Source: Thelocarpon superellum (taxonomy: Eukaryota). Taken from it: a stretch of 51,017 nt of DNA. The stretch spans positions 1 through 51,017 of the forward strand of contig JAPEUG010000090.1 of NCBI GenBank assembly GCA_026025795.1, read 5' to 3'. Positions 1 to 12,176 of the stretch are shown here, piece after piece (within the stretch, counting starts at the first letter, position 1; every line of letters starts with the position of its first letter). Made by a program: the position numbers and the translations under genes. The notes under the pieces were generated by a model. It did no database searches, had not been told where the DNA came from, and worked only from the letters and a program-made list of their open reading frames with translations.

Positions 1-165
1 AGAGGCCGCTCATGGCGGACCGAGTCGCCACCATATTGGCTCTTGAGTTTCCGAAGGAATGTGGGCTCTTTCAGTTCTGGGCCGGCGGTCAGCGCATGGC
101 CTCGATGAGCATATTTGGTCCGAGAACGCCATACCGTAGCTGAGGTTCTTCGCATTGAAGGCCAT
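1..165 (-). CDS. DUF4604-family conserved fungal protein, N-terminus only (runs off the window start)
   Basis: ATG at 165; exon 165-135, intron 134-77 (GTATGG...GCTGAC...CCCAG), exon 76-<1. Spliced protein MAFNAKNLSYELKEPTFLRKLKSQYGGDSVRHERP resembles the 'KNLsY..eP.FL.rL+sqyG' N-terminus I recall for fungal DUF4604 proteins. Confidence 0.7.
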
Positions 166-1259
166 GATGAGATGGGAGGTTGGTGGCCAGATAGGGAGAA
201 AGTCAATGCATCCTCGTCGCGACACGACGAGGTGATCACGGACCTTATGTCGGCTGTTTATGCGAGCGGATGGCGCTTCTCAAGATGAACATCACCTTCA
301 TACAAGCAGCGTGTACGAGCAGAGAGATATGGGACTGCGGCCGTTGGTACGGAAGACTGGAGTTAAGACTGGAGTTGCCCCTACAACTAGCGCCCAAAGC
401 AGTGGCGATAACGGTGCGTTAAACGGTGCTTCACGGACACGCTACGGATGCGGGTTGCCAGCTAATCAGAAAAGCTCATGTGCACGACGTTACTCCGAAT
501 ACGCGTGGTATGGTGTGAGGGCTACCTTTCGACCATCATCGACGTGAGTGATGGGCTGGGAAGCGAAGGGCAGAGAGCAGGTGGAAGGAGGTGCGTGAGA
601 AGGTCATCCAAGGGTGAGAGGGCCAAGATGTGAGCAGTCGACAGGTGGCAGTGGACTGCGCGTGGGACCTGCCTACACGGATCGGTACCGGTGCACGGTA
701 CCCGTCCGATTATATTTGGTAATTGGGACGTATGGGAGTGGTGCGATGTGGGAGGCGACAGAGCCGGGAGATGCCGACTTCACTAGATTCGTGCTTAGCC
801 TGGAAATCGCCTTCGGCCTCCGCAACCACCTAGCCAACCTCCTATCGACCCCGTCACCGTTCCTCAATCTTCGTCGCCCACACGCGATCTGTCCTCCCAC
901 TCGGGTCTGTACAAGTACGCCCTTGGTCATTGCGAAGCCTGGACCCGCTGCCCGGTCGACTCTTGAGCCTCAGCCGCCAGCGTCGTCATGCGAAGAGCAT
1001 AGGTAGACGCGACCGCGGACGGTTCGAAGTCGCTAGTCCGGAGTTTTCTCCAGTCGCTCGTTATTCCCTCCCCATCTTCTCCACCTCATGAGATAGCCGT
1101 CGCACGTGGTCCGCCCAGCCCTCGAGCACTCCTTGCGTGCCCGTCTGGCGTCATCGCCCTCATCGTCCGGTCGCGCAGCCCTGCTCGGTGCGGACACGGC
1201 CTCGGCCTCGCCTGGCGTGACGCCCGACCCGCCGTGCTGCCGACCGTCTGGCCACAATC

Positions 1260-3002
1260 ATGGGGCTCGTCCAGGATCTGGTCAAACGGATCCCCTCCTC
1301 GCCCAACCTTCCCTCGCTGGATGAGCTCTCCCGGCAGCGGGACCGCATCTCGCCGCGGTTGGCCTTCTTCCGCCGGCGAATACGCATCAAGGGCAATTCC
1401 TCCATCTCCATCCCCCTCGGCGTCGTCTTGCTCTTCCCCTGCATCGTCATCGTCCTGATCCTCATCCTGATCGTGCGACACCCCTCCTCGCCCGTTCGGA
1501 TCATGATGCCCCCGGGCGGCCCGCCCGCCATCCGGGTCATCAGCGACAAGCATGATAAAGTCTTCGTGTCCGGCTGCTTGGAGCCGCAAGTCGATGGGCC
1601 GCGTGCGAACGCCGCGTTTGTCGTCCTTGCCCGGAATAAGGAACTCGAGGGCGTATTGCAATCTGTCAAGTCCATTGAACGGCACTTTAATCGCTGGTTC
1701 CACTACCCCTACGTCTTCTTGAACGACGGGGACTTCAACAGCACCTTCAAAGAGGCCATCGCCAACCACACCAGTGCCCCCGTTGAGTTTGGCAAGATCG
1801 ATGGCAGCATGTGGGGATACCCCGAGTGGGCCGACGCCGCCGTCGCCAAGGAAGGCATTGCCAAGCAAGGCGACGAAGCCATCATGTATGGCGGCATGGA
1901 GAGCTATCATCACATGTGCCGCTTCTACTCAGGGTACGATCTTCCCTTGCACCAGCCCATGACTGGCTTGCCGCTACGAAAATGATGCTGACGGTTCTGC
2001 CAGCTTCTTCTATAAGCATGATCTGCTTCAAAAGTACGAGTGGTATTGGCGCCTGGAGCCCGAGATCAAATATTTTTGCGACATTACCTAGTGAGCCTTT
2101 CACTCCTCCCCTTCCTTTTCCGCCTCCGGCCCCCCGACCTGGGGCACCAACTGCATTGGCATGGGGACTGACCAGAGTCTTAAGTGATCCATTCATCCAC
2201 ATGGCGCGAGCCAACAAGACCTATGGCTTCACCATCGCCGTGAAGGAACTCAAAGAAACAGTGCCAAATATCTTCCGTTACGCCTCGGCGTATAAGCGGC
2301 TCAACAACTTGACCTCCAAAGGGCTGTGGGAGATGTTTGTGGAACCACCACCAGAGGAACCCACCGCGCTCCCGACGAGTGACCCCAAGTACCGCCCCCC
2401 GCTCCCAGAGGAGATCCTCAAGACTGAGCCGGGCCGCGGCGTGCTCCCGGAGGTTGATCCGGAGGCCATGGAAGATGAGAAGTATAACATGTGCCACTTC
2501 TGGAGCAACTTCGAGATCGCCCGACTAGACTGGTTCCGAAGTCAAGCCTACGAGGATTTCTTCCAGATGATGGACCGAAGTGGTGGTTTCTGGATGGAGC
2601 GGGTGAGTGGTCTTGAGCCGAAGAAGCTCTGCAATGGTCGACTGACTCTTCTTCGCACAGTGGGGTGATGCTCCGATTCACTCGCTCGCGGCGGGGGCGT
2701 TGTTGTCGCCCAAAGACATCCACTACTTCCGAGACTTTGGCTACCGCCACACGACCATCCAGCATTGTCCCGCCAACGCGCCGGCGCGACAGCTACCACG
2801 CATCCCGTACCTCGAGATGACCACGGAGGACGAGAAGAAGCGGCGCGAGGAAGATGAGTACTGGGAATCGTTCGACGCCGTCAAAGAGAACGGCGTGGGA
2901 TGCCGGTGCAAGTGCGACACGGATATCGTAGACGTGGAAGGCAAGCAAGGCAGCTGCCTTGCTGAATGGGTCGAGGTCGCGGGCGGCTGGGCCTCGCCAT
3001 AG
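1260..3002 (+). CDS. Glycosyltransferase family 15 alpha-1,2-mannosyltransferase (KRE2/KTR family, KTR5-like), type II membrane protein
   Basis: Exons 1260-1933, 2004-2090, 2185-2602, 2661-3002. N-terminal TM (LGVVLLFPCIVIVLILILIV). GT15 motifs ANAAFVVLARN, YPYVFLND, SYHHMCRFYSGFF, YWRLEP, YNMCHFWSNFEI, GGFWMERWGDAPIHS. Confidence 0.93.
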
Positions 3003-3537
3003 TGCGTCCGTCAGCGCATCCGTTTCTGTCGGTTTCTCCTTCGACGCGGTCCATCGGCTGCTCGTGTCCAGTTTCCCCAGTCCTCTCTTCCGTCTCCCGC
3101 GGCCCCTTACGTTCTAGCATTTTTAGTTCAATCGGGCTACCGATCAGTTTCTCACTCTTGGCAGCTTGGGCGTTGATGCTTTCGTTTCCATGTTTGCTAT
3201 TCTTCATCGATATGCATGGGTCACGTAATTCATCTTCTGGTCGTCTCAAACTCTTGCATGAATACCGCCATTCCAGCCCGAACACCGTGCGCCCCGAAAT
3301 CTCGCCCCGGACAACACTCGCCGGACACTATCCCGAGGCCCGAGACAAATCATTTGAGCGCCGGCGCACCAGCACAGCTAACCAAGGGATCCTCGTTCTC
3401 TAAGTAGAGCGGACTCGCCCATGCCACCCCAGTCCGCGATGGACGTGCGGGTGACCGTCTTCCCCCACGACGGCGTGCTTCCGCCACCAGCCCCCCCGCG
3501 GCTCCATCCCAAGTCGAGATATGCATCAACCCCAGCT

Positions 3538-3981
3538 CTATACCGACGCCGCTTGCCCCAAGTCCAGGGAAAACTGCATGACGCATCCGCGGTCGAGGCC
3601 CGGGTTCCAGGTGCAAGTCGCGCTGGTTGCATTGTGGTCAACGGCGTTGGACATACACGTGCGGCATGTATCCACGCAGTCTGAGGGGTCGGCAGGTGCA
3701 TGGCCACTGATAGACCAGATGCCAGCCGTGCAGTTGGTCACGTTTGCCGGAGACCCAAAATCGGCCTCTGCCGCGTTCCACAAACAGGTTCGAAGGTTGG
3801 TGCGGGTGGCGGGGGAGACGTCTGGGCTTGTACTGTTGACGACGCAACTGCCCTTTTGGGGGTAGATCCAGCTTTGAGGGTCATTGCTGGTCAGGATTTG
3901 CAGGCCGGTTGGTTCCAATGGGGCGGCATGCAAAAAGGTGGCGAACAAGCCGGCCGTGATGAAGAGGTGACGAGGGATCAT
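3538..3981 (-). CDS. Small secreted cysteine-rich protein (147 aa, 8 Cys), function unknown
   Basis: ATG at 3981, intronless. Signal-peptide-like MIPRHLFITAGLFATFLHA|APL. Eight Cys including CxxxCxxC; N-glycosylation sequons NST, NVT, NCT, NAT. Confidence 0.7.
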   Translation of the reverse strand: MIPRHLFITAGLFATFLHAAPLEPTGLQILTSNDPQSWIYPQKGSCVVNSTSPDVSPATRTNLRTCLWNAAEADFGSPANVTNCTAGIWSISGHAPADPSDCVDTCRTCMSNAVDHNATSATCTWNPGLDRGCVMQFSLDLGQAASV

Positions 3982-5518
3982 CGTGGCCAAGCAGCAGAGG
4001 ATGTGGGCCGGAGAAATATGTCGGGACGATGGAATCAAGGTCAACGTCAACGTCGCGAGCTCGCAGATTTGCACTGCCAAGTGGGGCTGATTCATCTACT
4101 TGTATGATCGCTAGGGCGCTTGGGCCACAGCTTGCGGATGAAACATCACCTACGCGTACTCGAAGGCATCAAGCTTGTCAGCGAAAACCATGCGTCCTGT
4201 AGATAGCAGTAGCAGGGATGAAACACAATGCCTTGCACGGATGTTTCCTATCTGTTCCTTCAGGCGGTGCCGCGAGCCGGCTGGCTGTGCACGAAGCTTC
4301 GATGCCTTCGTCCTGCCTTCCCTGGTAGGCAAGGGCGCAGTGGAGATGGCGAGTCTGGTTCCGACCCAGCCGAGAAGATAAGAACCGCTGGACCTAGTCT
4401 GCCTGCCATTCAGGGTCCAGACCGTGCACCAACAGCAACAGCACACCAATACCGCTGATTGACCGCCTCCGTTTGCTGAGCTGGGAGACTGGACTAGTTT
4501 CTGCTGTATGGGCGGGCATGGTTACGTTACTAATCATCTGGTACCTCACAGCGACAAAAAAGGTTGCATTGAATGCTGGAAGCGGGCAGGGAGGGTGTGT
4601 GGGGACACAGGGTCCGCCGATAAAAAGCTTAGCATGAATCTCTCGCCCAGCGCTCATAGCCACAGAGACTGCTGGGGATCCCACGAACGTCGGCCACGAG
4701 TATCGGCATGTGACCACAACCTCATCCGGGTAGACAGAAGATAACAGGACACAATGGGTCATTTTTAACACCGCATCGCATCGACGGTAGTCAGAGCGAC
4801 GGGTCGGCTCTTAAATCAGCACAGATCACCGTTGGCTGTGACATGGATAATCCCATCCCGATGTCACCCTTAACCCACACGTGACTGACGTCGCGATGAC
4901 TCGGTGTTTGCTATTGCCGTCTAGCCTGATGGGAACATAGCGCTACTCGATAAGCCTGGTGGCCTGGCACCCGGGTGACTCGTCACGTAAGTCACCAAGT
5001 AGGTGTAGTAACACCCCGTAGCTCCTCGTTAGTGGCACGGTGGGTGAGTCGGACAACCATCTGCCCCTCCTTCGTGAGCAGGGGCCACTTCCGTTCACCT
5101 CAGACCGTCATTGGCATCGCTGTCGAATCGCTCTCGACGCAGAAAATCGTTCAAGGACTCTTGGCTCGCCCGGCGGGGACCCCAAAGATTACCCGTCTCA
5201 CCCTTCCCGCCTCGGATCCTGCCCGGTTTCGTCCTTCATTGCCCCGCGTTCCTCGTTTGCGCTATCCAGGCCCAGGCACCCACTCCCGCTGGTGCAGTCA
5301 CAGGCTCTTTAGCCTCTAGGCGTCCACCAGCATCACAACCACCGCCATACTTACCAACGCGACGATCCTTACCATCTTCCTAAACCCTGACTCAGACGGT
5401 GGGGTGAAGGCTTGCCAGCGAGCACATTAAGGTGCGCCATCTCCCTCTTCACCGTCGGCACCTTGAACGCTTGGGTCGTTCGAGGTTGTCGAGTGGCGCA
5501 AATGGCTTGGCTGACTCG

Positions 5519-8083
5519 ATGCAGTCCAACGACGCGGACGATAAGCCTCTCTTTCTCGACGACTCCGCCAACCTCTGCTTCCCACTGCTCACCCTCGACA
5601 GCGAGCTGCACGAGTGGCTCGCACAGCCGTCTCGTTGCACTATGGCTCACACGTGCGATGTTCACTCGGACGACACCTCGAGCTCGCTCGGCGATAGTGC
5701 CTACGAGATGCTGGGCGACTCGACCATCCTGACCTCCTCCGAGGAGGACCGCGACGATGCCAACGACTCCATCGCCTCTGCCGATGAGAACGGGCCCGAT
5801 GACGTGGCTAGCCTGGTGGACTCAGGTGAGGCGGATGAGGCACGATCGTCCTTTGAACCTACCGAACTACCCGGCCCCAACCCCGCCGACCATGTGCTAC
5901 GCTTTGATTCATCCGACGATGTCTCTGGCAGCGGCATGACGGTCGTGAATGACGGATCGCCTGCCATCCCGTCCATCGAATTTGAAGAACCCCCGTGCTA
6001 CGGCGCCGAGCGCGTGGCCGTCATTCATACGATCCGCAACTTTGACGAGGATGCGACGACGGAGATGCTGAAATACATGCATCTCGCCGACCCGCCCGCA
6101 CGCATCAGCGCCACCATCCGGCAGACCATGACCAAGCAAGGCCTCGCGGTCGACGAGCCCTTTCGCATGGTGTACGTCGGCAGCCCCTCGGCCAAGGGCG
6201 AGATCGTGGCCAAGATTGCGGCAGCCTTGGCCGTGCCGGTGCTGGGGCCTACGGGGCAGCCCGGGATGCGTCAACGATCGTCACGCTTCAACGTCGTGCC
6301 TATCTCGGCCTTTGGCGCGGGCAAGGCTCCCGAGGTTGAGCTCATCGACTCTTTTGGGCTGGAGCTTGTGGTCGATGACTGTACCTCGGCCAAGACGGCC
6401 AGTGTGGGGTCGACGCCGGATGCCGTCAGCCTGCGGCTGAATGATAGCTTCTGGTACAGCTCCGAAAGGAGCGAGTGGAAAAATGTCCACGAGCCGCATG
6501 TCTCATGGCAGGTGCCACACATCGCCGTCTTCTTCTGCTCTGATGACGACAGTGTGCACGCACGTCAAACGCGCCACTACGCTCGCTCCTTCATGATCCG
6601 ACACCACATTTCCTCCATAGTCATTTCGCAGACGCCGCTCTACGGCCGACCTGGACATACCTATGCGTTGGATCATCACAGTGTGCACATGTGCCTCGAG
6701 TCACGCAGCCCGGTACACGGTACTCGGGTCCACAAGCGCCTGCCTATTGATCTGTCGACCTTTCTCAACCTCGATGCCCGTCAGATGAATCGCAACCTGG
6801 CCTGTCTCACGGGGCTCCACGCTGGCCGAAGCGGCGCTGTGCCGGCCCAACGGGTCTCGTCCACGCCACGAGACGCGACGGTGGCGCAGGACCCGGAACA
6901 CCTGGGCTACGCCTCTTTTGGGCTCGCGCAGAGCTTCTATGCCTTGCGCGAACGAAAGGGACAGGAGTGGAAGGCGCTGCTCATGTTTGGCGCTTTCTTC
7001 GTGTGTGCGGTGCTGGGAACGGTGGTGTCGCTGGCGTGTAGGCAGATGGAGGTACCTCGGTGGTCCCTCGCCGAGCTGGCCTCATCCCAGGTGACACCGA
7101 CCGCATCATCTGCGCCGCTGGCGACGATGACGCCGCACCCGTCCTCGACCGTCTCGTCCCCCGGCGTGCTCTCGTCGCCGACGCCGTCGCGGCTGCTGGA
7201 GAAGGGGACGCCGAACAGCTTGTCGTTGGCCAGCGGCAGCCTAGACTTGGCCAGCCTGCTCCTCGATCCCGCGCTCATCTCCTTGAACGAATCGGACAAA
7301 TTCAAGATGCAGCTTGTCGGCGAATGCCATATGATCCTCCGACCCCCGCATCGCTTCCTCCAGTCACGGAAGTCGCCACGACTGTTGGTGAAGGTGATGC
7401 GGAACGAGCAGCAGCTCCAGGTGAACCTGTCGAAGCTCTTTGACGGCGTGTATGCGCTACAGCTGCCGCGCGAAGAAGCGTACGGGCCCCTGAATGTCAC
7501 GGTGTGGACGCAATCGAAGCCACGGATGGCTCAGAGTTTCGAGGTCGACTTTGGCACGCCGTGGCTGAAGGTGGCAGGATGGAAGAAGGCGGCGCAGATG
7601 GTGCGAGAGCAGGTCCACAAGGACGTGCAGCACGCACAGTCAGCCATGCACGGTGCCATGACTCGGCTCTCTGGGGAGCTCTCAACGATGTGGGACTCGG
7701 CCGGCCAGAGCCTGACGGCCGCTCAGCACGAGGCGGAGCATCTGCAGCACTTGTCCCACTGGATGGGAACGCGTACCCAAGAGACGTCTGCGCAACTGTT
7801 GAAGCGAGGCAAGGCCCTCTCGGCGGCCATGGCCTCCCGGCTCCAGGGGATGTCGAGTCAGGTGGCAGAGCAGGCCGGCAAGATCGATGCGACGAGCGCG
7901 ATCTCGAACGTGCTTGACTCTTGTCGCGCTCTCTCACACCGTGCGGCCAAGACGTTTACGGCGAAACGAGCGCAGAAGCAGGCTCGCCGACTGTGGTGGA
8001 AGTTGCTGGGCCGGGACGTGAATAGCATGGACGAGCCCGTGGCCCGATCAGGTCGGGCAGGCAGTCGTAAGATTCGACGATAG
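5519..8083 (+). CDS. Hypothetical single-pass membrane protein (~854 aa)
   Basis: Long intronless ORF with coding-like codon usage. First in-frame ATG is 5519 (track start 5432 is GTG; alternative ATG 5642). Acidic N-terminus, globular middle region, one TM (LLMFGAFFVCAVLGTVVSLAC, 6977-7039), S/T/P-rich linker, beta-rich segment, helical C-terminus. Confidence 0.85.
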   Translation: MQSNDADDKPLFLDDSANLCFPLLTLDSELHEWLAQPSRCTMAHTCDVHSDDTSSSLGDSAYEMLGDSTILTSSEEDRDDANDSIASADENGPDDVASLVDSGEADEARSSFEPTELPGPNPADHVLRFDSSDDVSGSGMTVVNDGSPAIPSIEFEEPPCYGAERVAVIHTIRNFDEDATTEMLKYMHLADPPARISATIRQTMTKQGLAVDEPFRMVYVGSPSAKGEIVAKIAAALAVPVLGPTGQPGMRQRSSRFNVVPISAFGAGKAPEVELIDSFGLELVVDDCTSAKTASVGSTPDAVSLRLNDSFWYSSERSEWKNVHEPHVSWQVPHIAVFFCSDDDSVHARQTRHYARSFMIRHHISSIVISQTPLYGRPGHTYALDHHSVHMCLESRSPVHGTRVHKRLPIDLSTFLNLDARQMNRNLACLTGLHAGRSGAVPAQRVSSTPRDATVAQDPEHLGYASFGLAQSFYALRERKGQEWKALLMFGAFFVCAVLGTVVSLACRQMEVPRWSLAELASSQVTPTASSAPLATMTPHPSSTVSSPGVLSSPTPSRLLEKGTPNSLSLASGSLDLASLLLDPALISLNESDKFKMQLVGECHMILRPPHRFLQSRKSPRLLVKVMRNEQQLQVNLSKLFDGVYALQLPREEAYGPLNVTVWTQSKPRMAQSFEVDFGTPWLKVAGWKKAAQMVREQVHKDVQHAQSAMHGAMTRLSGELSTMWDSAGQSLTAAQHEAEHLQHLSHWMGTRTQETSAQLLKRGKALSAAMASRLQGMSSQVAEQAGKIDATSAISNVLDSCRALSHRAAKTFTAKRAQKQARRLWWKLLGRDVNSMDEPVARSGRAGSRKIRR

Positions 8084-8902
8084 GCTCGTTGCCGTCAGGC
8101 TGACCAGAGAGACTCTCAGTCGAAGACCATGTCTGGCGTTAGATCCTTCCCGATTTTCACACACTTCGGCGTGGGCGCAGGTGAAGCAGTGTCGGCGCCT
8201 GCGGATTTGATTTCTTTCGCCGGGAACGACGACTGGCCACGACATATTGCTACACATGACTTCGATCTTGAGCACGCTAGCCAGATGAGTCTGAGAATGT
8301 GAGGGGGCAATGGTGAAATCTGCGATGGGTGCCAATGGTGGCGAAACCCCACATGCCGTGATGTTCGTAGGCGTACTCGTACCATGGCTGGTCCGCCGGG
8401 ACCGTGGAAGCATCATGGGCACAGATGCAGCCGGCGGTGACGCCCACTTTGCTCCGTGCTAGTCGAGTACAGCTTCATTATGCTGCGCAAGCCACCGCTC
8501 TGATTCGCTGCCATGGAAGACTGCTCCACAGCTCCCATCCATCGCTCAGACTATGGGTATCTCGGACTCGTAGCGACTCCGACAGGGACGAGGTCGTTAC
8601 TCCCACGGTGGGGACCGGCCGCCTGTGTTGTTTGTTATTTGCGTGAAAGCGCACCCTAGTCTTCCCCCGGGCTCGCCTAATTGTCCGCCAATCCTGCACC
8701 GTTTCGCCCCGTAACTCTTCCTCTCGATTCGGTAACTTCCACCAGCTACTGCCCCACCACCTACGAGTGCCGCCCACCACCAACTTTCCCAGAGACTCTC
8801 TCTCCCTCGTACCTTCACCGCGTGCCACCGCTTCACGGTCGCCCGCACCCTCACCTACTCCTATCACTGTCCGCGAACATTTGTCTCCATCTATCGCCCA
8901 TC

Positions 8903-9841
8903 ATGGCCGAGCCTAGCAAGGATGTCTCCGCCACGGAATCGTCAACCGATGATCCCGTCACCGCCTCGACGACCACCGGCAGCACGGACGAGAAAGCAAC
9001 GGGAGACAAAACCGTGGTAGATTCTGCCAAGGATCTGGCGGCCAGCGCCTCGTCGGCCGCGACGGGCGTCAAAGACCAGATGTTCTCGATGTTCGGCGGC
9101 GGCGTCAAGGAGAAGAAGGAAGAGGCGGCGGAGGAGGATCTGGAGGAGGAGTCGGGCTCATCAAAGAAGAAGGCGGCCAAGGAAACGAACGAGGTACATC
9201 GCGATAGGAAGTTCCAGAGGAGGCGTAAAACTGGCGACCATTACTGACCGGGGAAATGAAGCAGGAGGAGGTCGAAGAGTCCCCCGACGTCCATTTCGAG
9301 CCCGTCATCCATCTCACGGAGAAGGTGGACACCAAGACCAATGAAGAGCTCGAGGAACAGGCGTTCAAGATGCGCGCCAAGCTGTTCAAGTTCGACCGGG
9401 ACTCCCGTGAATGGAAGGAGCGCGGGACGGGCGACGTGCGGCTGCTGAAGCACAAGGAGAACGGCAAGACTCGGTTGGTCATGCGAAGGGACAAGACCTT
9501 GAAGGTGTGCGCCAATCACTATGGTGAGTGTGTTCGGTCTGCATGGCGTGGAGGGGGCTGTGCGATCCGCTGACGTCTTCGCCCCAGTCGTGCCCGACAT
9601 GAAGCTTTCGCCCAATGTGGGTAGTGACCGGAGTTGGGTCTGGAATGCCTCGGCCGATGTCAGCGAGGGCGAGCCGGAAGCTCAGACGCTGGCCATCCGC
9701 TTCGCCAACAGCGAGAGTGAGTCATCTCCCTTGTCTTGGGAGTGCGTGGGCTGATGGGGACGCACGACAGATGCCAACCTGTTCAAGGACGCCTTCATCA
9801 AAGCTCAGCAGGAGAACGAAGCGCTCTTCAACGCCTCTTAA
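8903..9841 (+). CDS. YRB1: Ran-binding protein 1 (RanBP1 domain)
   Basis: Exons 8903-9193, 9265-9523, 9588-9716, 9771-9841. Motifs [67 protein letters not shown]. Confidence 0.96.
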
Positions 9842-10253
9842 GCTTGATGAGCAGTAGATACATTGGAAAACCATGCCCCTTCCCACCCCCCCTTCCCGCC
9901 CCAAACCCGAGCCCTTTTCCTTCCCTCTATGTGGCATTCCCCCATGTCGAGCACTTGGCATCATTGAGCAGAGGATCGGGTGTCATTCACGCCAGCGAAA
10001 ACCATCTTCCTGTTCCCCGCCAGGCTCTGCGACAAGTGAAGAGGCAAAGGTGTCAGGAGCAGACGCGAACTTTCGAGTAGTATAGAGCGAGTGACCGTAG
10101 AGTACAAGCAGAGAAGTGACAGTCACCAGGCCGTGCATCATTGGGCTCGATCGGCAAGCGGGCGTCATGTTCCGACTTATGAGTTCCGCGGGGCCAGACC
10201 TGATCCTTCCTCCAACCCACCGACCTATCCACCCACAGCCCGGGATTCTTCTT

Positions 10254-10262
10254 GTCACGTGA
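10254..10262. promoter_or_regulatory. GTCACGTGA E-box (Cbf1/bHLH-type) upstream of TAF14
   Basis: Motif read directly. The same GTCACGTG core occurs at 4878-4885 and 42213-42220, also upstream of gene starts. Function is inferred only. Confidence 0.35.
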
Positions 10263-10809
10263 ATCACTCATCTACATCCCAAGCGCCAGCCCATCGCGAG
10301 AGAGCAATAGAGGCCACGGCGGCGATGCCACGAGCCGTCTGAGAGGGATTCTTTGTCTCGACCACACGCCCACCCCCTCTCTCCTCACTCCGGTCCGGCT
10401 TATCTAAGCGGAAGGGCGAGGGGACTGCTGCTGCAACTCCAGCCCGTAGCGCGGCCGACTTGCCCGTTGCCCGTTCGCGGCGCGACGCCGGCCTCGCGTA
10501 ATTTGACTGTAGAAACCCCGCCGACTTCATCCAGCCCGCGCGCCCGACCGACCAGCCAGCCGGCCAACCACCTCCTCCCCGCCTTACGACCTCAGTCGCT
10601 ACTCCAACCAGACATCCAGCCCACCTGCTGGTCGACGGACGGACTGACTTGCGCCCTCCTATTCCCCTTATACCCTATCTAATACGCACAATTCCAGTCC
10701 CGTTGCGGTCCATCGCCCAGCTCTCCCTCTCAATTCGGGCTCCGCTTCCTGCTTCCTTTTCCCCCTCCGTCGCTTCGGGCCGGTGACCAATCAGCCGAAA
10801 AGCTCCATC

Positions 10810-12176
10810 ATGGTTGAGGTAAGTGAGCTGGTGAATTGAAATGTCGGTGTGCCTGGGGTCAAGTGATGAGCGAGAGAGAAGCGGAGAGGGATGCGCCGTG
10901 TGCGGGTCGACGCGGGAGAGCGCAAGTGAGATGATGAGATTGAAGAATTGATGCTAATGTTCGTGCTGCCGAGGATTCCAGGTCAAGCGCACGGTCAAGC
11001 TCGTCACGGAGCAGAAGGTCATGTACGTAGCTTCTTTCCAGAATCCCTCTTCGTCCCTCTCTCTACGATTGGCTTCCATGTGCATGCGTCAAATATCCCG
11101 CCGCGCGTTTTCATTGCGCGCGCTCCACCCTCTGTTTGATGAGAGCATTGACTGACACGGACGTGCCTTGAATAGAGATAAACCTTCAGAGGTCGAGGGG
11201 TTTCCCATGCGCGCATGGAATATCAAAGTGTTTGTGCTGGATGAAAACGGCGCGGACGTACCGGCGACCCTCTTTGAGAAAGTCAAGTACATCTTACATC
11301 CTTCGTTCAAGAATCCGACCCACAGTACGTCTCCGAATTTCGTTCGGACCTTGGAACGATAGCGGTGGGCAGGGCGATGCTGATCTGGACTTCGCAGCGG
11401 TCAAGACCCCCCCGTTTAAGATTCAAGAGGAAGGATGGGGTGAGTTCGACATGGACATCGTCCTGACGGGCGTGGAGCGAGGAGGAGACCACCCCATCAA
11501 ACACGATCTCAACTTTGGAAGTGAGCGATATGAGGCGAAGCACGTGATTGTAAGAATGGACGCCTAGACTGTCGGGGGTCATGCCTGACCCGACGAGTAC
11601 AGACATTCAAGAACCCCAAGCCGGCGCTCCTAGCCGTCCTACGAGAGACGGGCCCGATCCCGGGTGAAGAGAATGGTGTCAACAAGAAGAAGAGCAGCGG
11701 CGGGGTGAAACAAGAGGACGACAGCAAGAAGCGAAAACGAGGAGGGCAGAACGTAGGTCGCCGTCAGTGACAAGGGGAGTGGAGGTTGGAGTTGGCTAAT
11801 CTCGGAGATTAGGTCGACATGGAACGATTGGCGGAAGGATTACAGAAACTACAGGAGGACGATCTATTGAAGGTGGTGCAGATGGTGCACGACAACAAGA
11901 CGCCGGAGACATATACGAAGAATGACGTGGAGCGTGAGTTCTTCCGTACTCCATTCCTTTTCTCCCATGCTCCTCCGCCTCCTCTTCGTCAACCCAAGTC
12001 AAAATGAAGGAGACGAAGGGGGAAGACACAAAGTAGATGACTTGTGGGAGTGCCACGAAAGCTGACTAATGCATGTGGGGAGGGCAGAGGGAGAGTTCCA
12101 CGTGGACCTCTACACGCTGCCCGACAGTCTGGTCAAGATGTTGTGGGATTTTACATCTTCCAAGGTCGATGTATAG
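10810..12176 (+). CDS. TAF14: YEATS-domain transcription factor subunit TAF14/TFG3 with C-terminal ET domain
   Basis: Exons 10810-10818, 10982-11022, 11176-11324, 11398-11549, 11603-11752, 11813-11933, 12088-12176. MVEVKRTVKLVTEQ, FPMRAWNI, KVKYILHPSF, PPFKIQEEGWGEFDM, LAEGLQKLQEDDLLKVVQMV, GEFHVDLYTLPD. Confidence 0.95.

Noticed and set aside
990..1045. GGTTCGAA resembling a tRNA T-loop/B-box
   Set aside because: No acceptor, D or anticodon stems could be folded.
10819..12087. Long TAF14 introns with RTGATGA as possible box C/D snoRNA hosts
   Set aside because: No properly placed box D with a terminal stem or recognisable rRNA guide.
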